Below are positions 36,001 through 48,000 of a stretch of DNA of 64,000 nt, piece by piece. The position numbers were made by a program, and so were the translations under genes. Within the stretch, counting starts at the first letter, position 1. Every line of letters starts with the position of its first letter. A model generated the notes under the pieces. That model was not told where the DNA came from. It worked only from the letters and a program-made list of their open reading frames with translations, and ran no database searches. Origin of the DNA: Magallana gigas. Lineage: Eukaryota. The stretch covers positions 35,960,001 through 36,024,000 of the forward strand of contig NC_088859.1 of assembly GCF_963853765.1 (NCBI RefSeq), read 5' to 3'.

Positions 36001-39000
36001 CATGGTGTGATTACACCATTTACTATTCTGTCATGGTGCATGTATGGCATAACACTCTTTTGATATGCTGTTTTGATATCATTACACTTAAATGTACTGA
36101 TATTCTGTCATGATGTGATCAAAATTTACTGATATTCTGTCATGATGTAAACATGGTATTACACTATGCTGAAATGATCTTATTACACTATACCACTATT
36201 CTGTTCTGGTGTGATTACACTGTTTTGATATTCCGTCCTGATGTAATAACACTGACCTAAAAATCTGTCATGGTGCATGCCACACATTACACTATATTGA
36301 TATGCTGTTATAATCTCCTTTAAAACTCATGATATTCAGTCATGATGTGATTATATTGTACTGATATTCTGTCATGATGTGATTACACTATCCTAATATT
36401 ATATCATGGTGCATGTATGACATTACACTACATTGATATGTTGTAATGTTGTTAATTACACTGTACTGATATTCTGTCATTGTGTATGCATGACATTACA
36501 TTATGCTGTGATGTTGTGATTACACTAACTGATTTTCAGTCATGGTGTTTGTATGGCATTACATTATGCTGTAATGCTGTGATTACACTATACTGATATT
36601 CTGTCATTTTGTGATTACACTGTACTGATACTCAGTCATGATATGATTACCCTGTTCTGATATTTTGTCATAATGTGATCACAGTTTGCTGATATTCTGT
36701 CATGGTGTAATTACACCCTTTAATATTCTGTCATGGCATTACACTATGTGTAATGATGTTAAAACTCTTACATGTACTGATATTCTGTCATGATGTATGC
36801 AAGCCATTACACTATGTGGTAATGATGCTATTACACTATACTAATATTCTGTTCTGGTGTGATTACACTGTTTTGATTTTCTGTGATGATGTAATAACAC
36901 TAACCTAATTATCTGTCATGGTGCATGTCACACATTATACTATGTTGATATGCTGTTAAATTTACATCTACCAAGTATCATTTTCTCCATTTCTTATGGA
37001 AATAGTTAAATTATAACTCTATAGAAACAGCCAGACTGTTGCTACCTTCATATCCCAAATGAATCACCAAACAAAGCAGTTTTAAAATTGTTTAAATAAG
37101 TTCCTTTACAAGCACTGATATTCAGTCATGATGTGAATACACTACTGATATTTTGTTATTATTTGAGTACATTAAACTGATATTCTGTCATGGTGTGATT
37201 AAACTGTACTGATATTCTGCCATGGTGTGATTACATTTTTCTGATCTTCAGTCATGATATAATTATACTGTCCTAATAACCGGTCATGGTGCATGTATCA
37301 AATGACACTTCCTTAATATGCTGTTATAATTTCCTTACACAGTTCTGATATTTTGTTATGATGTGATTACTGTGTACCGATTTTCATTCATATTGTGATA
37401 ACACTGTACTGATATTCTGCAATACTGTGATTTCACTGTTTTGATATTCTGTCATAAATTATTTACAGCATACTGATTTTCAGTCATGGTGTGATTACAG
37501 TGTACTGATATTTAGTCATGGTGTGATTACAGTGTACTTACATTTAGTCATGGTGTGATTACAGTGTACTGATATTCAGTAATGTTGGGATTACTGTTTA
37601 CTTACATTTAGTCATGGTGTGATTACAGTGTACTGATATTCAGTAATGTTGGGATTACTGTTTACTTACATTTAGTCATGGTGTGATTACAGTGTACTTA
37701 CATTTAGTCATAGTGTGATTACAGTGTACTGATATTTATTCATGGTGTGATTACAGTGTACTGATATTCAGTCATGGTGTGATTACAGTATACTTACATT
37801 TAGTAATGGTGTGATTACAGTGTACTGATATTCAGTAGTGTTGGGATTACTGTGTACTTACATTTAGTCATGGTGTGATTACAGTGTATCTACATTTAGT
37901 CATGGTGTGATTACAGTGTACTTACATTTATTCATGGTGTGATTACAGTGTACTGATATTGAGTCATGGTGTGATTACAGTGTACTGATATTGAGTCATG
38001 GTGTGATTACAGTGTACTGATATTGAGTCATGGTGTGATTACAGTGTACTGATATTCAGTCATGGTGTGATTACAGTGTACTTACATTTATTCATGGTGT
38101 GATTACAGTGTACTTACATTTAGTCATGGTGTGATTACAGTGTACTGATATTTAGTCATGGTGTGATTACAGTGTACTGATATTCAGTCATGGTGTGATT
38201 ACAGTGTACTGATATTCAGTAATGTTGGGATTACTGTGTACTTACATTTAGTCATGGTGTGATTACAGTGTATTTACATTTAGTCATGGTGTGACTACAG
38301 TGTACTTATATTGAGTCATGGTGTGATTACAGTGTACTGATATTCAGTCATGGTGTGATTACAGTGTACTTACATTTATTCATGGTGTGATAACAGTGTA
38401 CTTACATTTATTCATGGTGTGATTACAGTGTACTGATATTTTTTTAGTCATGGTGTGATTACAGTGTACTTATATTGAGTCATGGTGTGATTACAGTGTA
38501 CTGATATTCAGTCATGGTGTGATTACAGTGTACTTACATTTATTCATGGTGTGATAACAGTGTAATTACATTTATTCATGGTGTGATTACAGTGTACTGA
38601 TATTTAGTCATGGTGTAATTACAGTGTACTGATATTCAGTCATGGTGTGATTACAGTGTACTGATATTCAGTCATGGTGTGATTACAGTATACTTACATT
38701 TAGTCATGGTGTGATTACAGTGTACTGATATTCAGTAATGTTGGGATTACTGTGTACTTACATTTAGTCATGGTGTGATTACAGTGTATTTACATTTAGT
38801 CATGGTGTGATTACAGTGTACTTACATTTATTCATGGTGTGATTACAGTGTACTGATATTCAGTCATGGTGTGATTACAGTGTACTTACATTTATTCATG
38901 GTGTGATTACAGTGTACTGATATTCAGTCATGGTGTGATTACAGTGTACTTACATTTAGTCATGGTCTGATTAGAGTGTACTTTCATTTAGTCATGGTGT

Positions 39001-42000
39001 GATTACAGTGTACTGATATATATTTACAATATCCAGTGTCTTTGCGTATGATAACACTACGTATCGATTTTGTACTATATAACTCATAATACAAATGACG
39101 CCAAATTGAGGCGCCAGCGGGGTTTGTTTATTTATATTTGAATATTTAATCGTACGATGGCCTAAAATTATATAAATATAAGTAATAAGGAATCATTCTT
39201 TGAATATTATGAGGTGATAATTTCAGTCGGGGCATGATCAAATCTATCATAAAGCCCTTCGGGCTTTATTGGATTTGATCACCCCCCGACCAAAATTATC
39301 ACCTCATAATACTCAAAGAATACAGTGTACTGGTATTTAGTCATGGTGTGATTACAGTGTACTGATATTCAGTCATGGTGTGATTACAGTGTACTTACAT
39401 TTAGTCATGGTGTGATTACAGTGTACTTACATTTAGTCATGGTGTGATTACAGTGTACTTACATTAAGTCATGGTGTGATTACAGTGTACTGATATTTAG
39501 TCATGGTGTGATTACAGTGTACTGATATTTAGTCATGGTGTGATTACAGTGTACTTACATTTAGTCATGGTGTGATTACTGTGTACTGATATTTAGTCAA
39601 ATTGTGATTACAGTGTACTGATATGTAGTCATGGTGTGATTACAGTGTACTGATATTTAGTCAAGGTGTGATTATAGTGTACTGGTATTTAGTCATGGTG
39701 TGATTACAGTGTACTGATATTCAGTCATGGTGTGATTACAGTGTACTTACATTTAGTCATGGTGTGATTACAGTGAACTTACATTTAGTCATAGTGTGAT
39801 TATGTACAGTATACTGATATTTAGTCATGGTGCTATTAAAGTGTACTGATTTTCAGTAAGTGTGTGATAACAGTGCACTCATATTCAGTCATGGTGTGTT
39901 TATAGTGCTAGTATTTTGCCTTGCTGTAATTACAGTGTACTAAATTTTAGTCATGGTGTGATTATAGTGTACTGATTTTCAGTCATGTTGTATGTATGGC
40001 ATTACATTATGCTGTAATGCTGTGATTACACTAAACTGATATTCTGTCATTGTGTGATTACACTGTACTGATACTCAGTCATGATATGATTACCCTGTTC
40101 TGATATTTTGTCATAATGTGATCACAGTTTGCTGATATTCTGTCATGGTGTTATTACACCCTTTAATATTCTGTCATGGCATTACACTATGTGTAATGAT
40201 GTTAAAACTCTTACATGTACTGATATTCTGTCATGATGTATGCAAGCCATTACACTATGTGGTAATGATGCTATTACACTATACTAATATTCTGTTCTGG
40301 TGTGATTACACTGTTTTGATTTTCTGTGATGATGTAATAACACTAACCTAATTATCTGTCATGGTGCATGTCACACATTATACTATGTTGATATGCTGTT
40401 AAATTTACATCTACCAAGTATCATTTTCTCCATTTCTTATGGAAATAGTTAAATTATAACTCTATAGAAACAGCCAGACTGTTGCTACCTTCATATCCCA
40501 AATGAATCACCAAACAAAGCAGTTTTAAAATTGTTTAAATAAGTTCCTTTACAAGCACTGATATTCAGTCATGATGTGAATACACTACTGATATTTTGTT
40601 ATTATTTGAGTACATTAAACTGATATTCTGTCATGGTGTGATTAAACTGTACTGATATTCTGCCATGGTGTGATTACATTTTTCTGATCTTCAGTCATGA
40701 TATAATTACACTGTCCTAAAAACCGGTCTTGGTGCATGTATCAAATGACACTTCCTTAATATGCTGTTATAATTTCCTTACACAGTTCTGATATTTTGTT
40801 ATGATGTGATTACTGTGTACCGATTTTCATTCATATTGTGATAACACTGTACTGATATTCTGCAATACTGTGATTTCACTGTTTTGATATTCTGTCATGA
40901 ATTATTTACAGTATACTGATTTTCAGTCATGGTGTGATTACAGTGTTCTGATATTCTGCTATGGTGTGATTACAGTGTACTTACATTTAGTCATGGTGTG
41001 ATTACAATGTACTTACATTTAGTCATGGTGTGATTACAGTGTACTGATATTTAGTCATGGTGTGATTACAGTGTACTTACTTTAGTCATGGTGTGATTAC
41101 AGTGTACTTACATTTAGTCATGGTGTGATTACAGTGTACTGATATTTAGTCATGGTGTGATTACAGTGTACATAATACAAATGACGCCAAATTGAGGCGC
41201 CAGCGGGGTTTGTTTATTTATATTTGAATATTTAATCGTACGATGGCCTAAAATTATATAAATATAAGTAATAAGGAATCATTCTTTGAATATTATGAGG
41301 TGATAATTTCAGTCGGGGCATGATCAAATCTATCATAAAGCCCTTCGGGCTTTATTGGATTTGATCACCCCCCGACCAAAATTATCACCTCATAATACTC
41401 AAAGAATGATTCTTTATTCCTTATTTAGTCATGGTGTGATTACAGTGTACTGATATTTAGTTCTGGTGTTATTAAAGTGTACTGCTGTTTAGTCGTGGCG
41501 TGATTACGGTGTACTGCTGTTTAGTCGTGGTGTGATTACAGTGTACTGATATTCTGCTATGGTGTGATTACAGTGTACTTACATTTAGTCATGGTGTGAT
41601 TACAGTGTACTTACATTAAGTCATGGTGTGATTACAGTGTACTGATTTTCAGTAAGAGTGTTTTAACAGTGCACTAATATTCAGTCATGGTGTGTTTATA
41701 GGGTTAGTATTTTGCCATGCTGTAATTACAGTGTACTGAATTTTAGTCATGGTGTGATTATAGTGTACTGATTTTCAGTCATGGAGCATGTATGGCATTG
41801 TATTATACTGTAATGATGTGATTACACTTTACTGTCATGGTGTGATTACACTGTTCTGATCTTCAGTCATGAAGTTATTACACTGTCTTAATAATATGTC
41901 ATGGTGCATGCATTACATTACACTAAGTTGATATGATGTTATAATTTTCTTACACTGTACTGATATTATGTCATGATGTGATTACACTACTAATACCCAG

Positions 42001-45000
42001 TCATGGTTTGGTTACAGTCTACTGATATTCAGTCATGGTGTGAATAAAAAGTACTGATATTCAGTCATAGAGTGATGACAGTGTACTGATATTCTGCTAT
42101 GGTGTGAATAAAAAGTACTGATATGCTACTGATATTCAGTCATTGTGTTATTAATGGTTCTAATATTTTGCCATGGTGTAATTATACTGTACTGATAATC
42201 AGTCTTAATGTGATTACACTGTACGGATATTCTGTCATGGTGTAATTACTGTGCACTGATATTCAGTCATTATGTGATTACACTGTACTGATATTCTGTC
42301 ATGGTGTAATTATCTGATTTAGGCTAAAAAGATTTGGTAGATTCTATAAGTATTCAGCACAATGCTTATTGTATTTCGGCTGTATTTTCTATCCTTTTTC
42401 TAATACCCAAGTAAGCTATTGAAAATTCTAAAGAAGGATAATTTTTCAAAATGTGTTTACCCTGTGTTGATGATTGATATGTTCACTTAGTTCATCCAAT
42501 TCTTGGTTGCCTGGTAACCCTTCTGATCCCTCTGCAAGCACAGCTGCCATTAATTGTCGATGAACCTGTAGTCAAAATGAAAAGCAAACAAAAAGTGCAA
42601 AAAATCTACAGCATACATACATGTATATAATTTGTATAATAAAATTGCATTGAATTTATATTGTACATATTCAGTCTTATATATTTCATCTAATAGAGGC
42701 TGTATAACAAGAACTACAGACCAGTACATCTGCATATCTTCTGATGGGGGAGGTAAAGTGTGTGTAGTAGTCTAAAGCCAAGCCATAATGGAAATACTGG
42801 TCCCTTGGAAGAGAACCAGTTGAAAAGTAAGAGGCCACGGACATCGCCTGAGTAGCCAACATTCTTAGAATCTACAACACCAAAAAAGATCAAGCATTGC
42901 CCAATTATAAGAATGACACAGTGCAACTGAATTAACCAATTTCTCTAATTATAAAAATATACAAGTATCTATTACTAATATACATGTAGTTCTGAAAATA
43001 TAATGGTGACTGCATTTGTTGCATTATGATGCAAATTTTAAAACTTCTACTGACCTTGTTTATTACAGGGTCCTTGGAATCCACACATCTATCCAGTGTT
43101 TCAGCCAGGGCTTTGTTTGAGGATGTTTTGACATCAAAACCTTTGGATTTGGCACAATTTTTCAGATTTTCAAACTGTTCTCTCTTAGGTAAGGGATGAT
43201 GTCTTAACTGAAATAACATGTAACCACAACTTTTTTAATAATATGCAGATGATGATGATGATAAGGATATTCAAAATATTTACTTGCTTATTTCTTATCA
43301 ATCGAACAACTTAATGTCTACAGTAAAAATAAATATCTGATTTAATGTTTAACCATTTCATTACATATCATGATATGATATTAGATATCATAAGCTGCTT
43401 GCGTGTGTATTATGGTTTTCTAAATAATCTAGTGCTCATTTATTTATTATTTATGATGTTACATACCAAAGCTTGGTTTGGGAACACCTCTACTATCTTT
43501 TTAGCTACCCAATGGTTGGCAAAGATCATACACTCTGCAATGGTGTCATGGATTTCTAAATGCTGAAATAGAATTTTCAATAAAAATGAGAATCATATGA
43601 GGTTCTTTAAACCAAAAGTTTAATAAAGGGTGAAGTCTAATTGACTGGAATACCGTATCTGTTTTAAATCCAGTAGAGATTTTTTCCCTCATATGAAGGG
43701 CTTTAATATAAGAGCTTTATGTTAAGGCCATATTAATTCATAAAGCTTCCTTGACATGGCAGGATAAATCTTACATCTTTGGGGTTGAGGTCCTCCACAC
43801 TCTTTGTCTCCGTCAGTTGGACCTGCACCTCCACACTCTCCAGCTCCAGGGCACCTCCACTCACCCTGCGGGCCTTCAGACACCTCGCTACTCTCATCAA
43901 CAGAGTCACAGCACAGCGCAACTCTTCAACTCTGTCAATGCATAAACACAATAAAACCAAAAAATGTGTGTTTGATCTGAATTTTATCTGAATTAACTTG
44001 TACCTCACTGGGAAAATTAAAAATTGTATATTTCTCAAACAGGCAGGTCAGAATTTACATTTCTCAAAGACAAAATTGTGGTTTTCTTGAATATTTACCT
44101 TTTCTCTGTCTCCTTCTCAAGCATGTTTTGTAGTTCTGGAACATTTTTAACAATTTCTGTCAAGGATATTCCATCATGCATTGCCTGTGCCATCTGTGAA
44201 TACAGACAGGATACATCATAATGTATGTAGCAAACTGATATTGACACAATGATTGGTACTTTAAACTTTAAGGAAGACTCTCTTTCAGACTTATCCAAAT
44301 TGTGTACCTCATAGAATAGCTTATAGCTGGATCGGATAATTGTTTTCCCATACCAGACATCTACAACCTCAAAGTTCTTATCCAGCTCCCATATAACACT
44401 CATGGCATATCTAATGTTCGAATGAAATAAATAGGTGTAAATCATTTATCAATTACATCAACATACATCCCAACATTTGTTGATAAATATAAATCCCTTT
44501 CCCTTTTATGTCAAAAGAAAAACCAAACACTACATACAAAAAGACAAAAAAATTTCATGCTACCTAATATATATATGTACATGTAAACTCTGCTCAAACA
44601 CAGTATATACAAAAATTTCAGATTTTACACTACCTATCCACACCACTGATCAGTGAACACAGGTTGGCACTTAGTATCCCTGGTAACATGTCATAGCGCC
44701 GGTCAGCCAGGTACACTGTGGTTGACCGACTCTTGGCCTCCATGTCTGTCAACGAGTCAGGCTTCACAAAGTGTGTGACGTCAGCAATGTGAACCCCCAA
44801 TTCAAGGTTTCCATTAGCCAGCTCCCTGTCAACATCATCATCATTATTATTATTAATCAACATTTGTTATCATGATTTTTCATGGATAAAATTGAGTGAG
44901 AGTTCACAAAGTATGATATATGTCATATTTTTTTCTCCATTTTCCCATTATACCAGTTCAAAAACACATGACACATAATTGAAAATTTGCTAACCTAACA

Positions 45001-48000
45001 GACAAGGTATCATCCACATCTTCACAACCTTTAGGATCAATGGAGAAAATAAGATGAGAGGATCGTAAATCTCTACGCTTGTTGAGCTCCGCCTCCTCTA
45101 TGCACCATGGATTGTCAGGTGTGTCCACAGGAAGCTCTTTCATCTATCAATCAAAAGAATTAAAACCTATATACATCAGTATTTCACTAGTGTTGGTTTT
45201 CCTTAATAGTGGGCTGGAAAAAATATCTTTTGGGGTATGCAGGATCATATATTTTTAGTAAAATCTAAAAATTAACACTCACTCAATTAGCAGTATGAAA
45301 ATGTATAAAAAAAATTCATGTAAAAAAAATTGTTGTATAAACGTACAATGTATGTGTACCTTTACATGGACAGTACCTGTGCTTCAGAAAATGCTGAGAC
45401 ATGTATTGTATTTTCAAGAAGAATTGCTGATATTTCTGCCTCCAAATCCTCAATGGGTCCTAGAGTTTTCACAAAATGTCCATTTGGATACTGGGAGTCA
45501 ATTTCCCATGAATCAATTCGAACTACAATTCTTTGATCTTTCAATTTCTCCACTTGCCTGGTACTGATGCGAATCTTTGGAATGCGATAATCCCAAGGAA
45601 TGACTAAAACTTTACCTCCTTTTTCACTAACTTGCTAAAAGAGACACAAGGACACTTAAAAACCGTATCTGATTCAATATATACATTTGTAGCAGCAAAT
45701 TAAAGTGTGACATTTTTGCCTAATACACTCAATTCAGCAAAATCATTTAGCGTACAAATAGTATAAAGTGTTGAAGTATTGGTCTTATCATTTTTACAAT
45801 GTTGGTATGTTTTCTTATCAAGCAAAATTATTTTTATCGTCCAATTTTTCTAATTTTCAATTTGTTCACTATCAGGACAAATATTCTTCCAACAGTTTTA
45901 ATATGCATAAAAAATGCTATCAAACTGTTATCAAAGTGTCCCACATTCTGACACAAACTGATATGTACAGTGACTGTAACGTATACCTGGATAAAATGTT
46001 TTATATATGGTAAACCAAATGAATGTACCTCATTGGAAGCAAATGAGGTGACATATTCCCTCCAATTCCTCTGTAGTATCCCCACCACACGGCCTGTGGG
46101 CATGACATTCTCATCTGTGGCACCATCCTCCTCATCTCCCTCCCCCTGACCTAGATACAAACAGTTCCACTAATGACAATGTCCTTGCTCTTAACATAAT
46201 CACAAAATGGATTCTATATTTTCTATTAATCAAAAATTGATAAAACAGGAACTTAAGTTGAACTATAATGTATGGTTTATTACAAATATTGCATCCATGG
46301 AGGTCTAAATTTAAATCAGTACTAATTAATAAAAACCGACCCTGACCTTCCTGACTCTCCTTGATGACACTTGACCTTCCCCTCCACTCTGACCTTGGTA
46401 AGACCTCCACCACCACCAGGTCCCCGTGGACAGCCCGGTTTCTGGCCGGCATCCCATGTATCAGAATGTCCCTGTCATCTTCAACAGTGCTGCCAGATCT
46501 AAACAAAGATTTCTTGATACATTTATCCTATTGTTATCAACATTACACATAGCAGTACATATACATGGCTTGGACAGACAATATATGAAAGAATTAAGTA
46601 AAAAAATTAACAAAACACCATGCTTGAAATTTTTTACTTTTCTGTGGGATATACAGAGTAAAGCTTAAACATCTGCTTTCTTAACAATTTACTGTACTGG
46701 TATATTCTGTTATTATGTTGGGGCAGACTTTGTTTCTATAGATGCATTTACATTATAACATTACCTCTATTGAATCTACAATCTACATGGATATCAATTC
46801 CTTGTTTTTAACTGGGAATCTGCAGTACTTGAATAGATAATTACAAGCTGCAAGAATTCAATCATGAATATAAGCACCTCTTCTGTCTGACAAAAGCCTC
46901 CTGACCAGCATTGTTCCTGTTGACATTGATGTGACCTTGCACAAACCTTCCAGACTTGACCCCAGATTCTAAAATATCCAGAGGCAAATATCCTTTGTAG
47001 TCCTTTTCTGTGAATTAAAAAACAAGACGAGAAGATCTGAATTAGAAACTAAATTAATTTTCTTTATTCCTTTTTTTCTCACTTGAATAATTGATTGCAT
47101 TTATTTTTGTATCAAAAGTAAATAGGCCTATTTCTCAATACATTATTTCCTTGGGAGTACATGTATTATATTCAACAGACATAAAACTAGAGGTACTGTG
47201 AGCAAGCTCACAATTGATACCCCCCGCTAAGAAAAAATCATAACTCATGTATTATTTTCTATGATAGAAATCATTGGATGAATCTATTTCACCATCCATT
47301 TTCTATAAATTACAACTGCTCTATTTTTTAAAACTGTTAATGCTAATATAAGTACACAGACCAATTTCTATTCTTTAAATTCCAATTTAGTTAAAGTTAA
47401 CTGTTAATGCATGAGGACATTTGCATCCTTATGTAAACAAACATGACTGGAATCAAACAAAATTCCACATGTCAAGCAGCTATTTAATATAACCATTTTG
47501 AATTATTGGTATACTGAGCCCGATTTTTTTAAAAACAATGACCTTGAACTTCCTAAATTGACCTTGGGTCAAGGTCATGACACACCCTCAGGTTAAAAGC
47601 AATCTTGATCTGAATTAAGAACTTCCAATATTTGTCCATTAGAAAGATACGGAAAGGACATGAATTTTGCACTTTTTTACCAGTGACCTTGGCCTTGCCA
47701 GAATGACCTTGGGTCAAGATCATGACACAGCCTTAGGTCATAAGCAATCTTTGTGTGAACTGAGAAATTCAAATGTTTCTTCATAAGAAAGATATGGACC
47801 AGACACACATTTTGTACTTTTTCTGTCAGTGACCTTGACCTTGCCCAAATGACCTTGGGTCAAGGTCATGACACACCCTTAGGTCCTAAGCAATCTTTGT
47901 GTGAACTGAGAACTTCCAATGTTTCTCCATAAGAAAGATATGGACCGGACACGAATTTTGCACTTTTTCTGTCAGTGACCTTGACCTTGCTCGAATGACC

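Larger units (their letters stand above)
35420..42310. repeat. ~7-kb 32-bp minisatellite filling DIS3L intron 18 (degenerate flanks, homogeneous core)
   Basis: Units (c/t)agtcatggtgtgattacagtgtac(tgata|ttaca)tt; near-identical copies at 37480-39010, 39325-39800, 40950-41170; diverged copies outside. Confidence 0.95.

Noticed and set aside
37480-41640. CRISPR-like look of the regular 32-bp repeats
   Set aside because: Units are head-to-tail with no unique spacers, there are no cas genes, and the context is a eukaryotic intron: a minisatellite.
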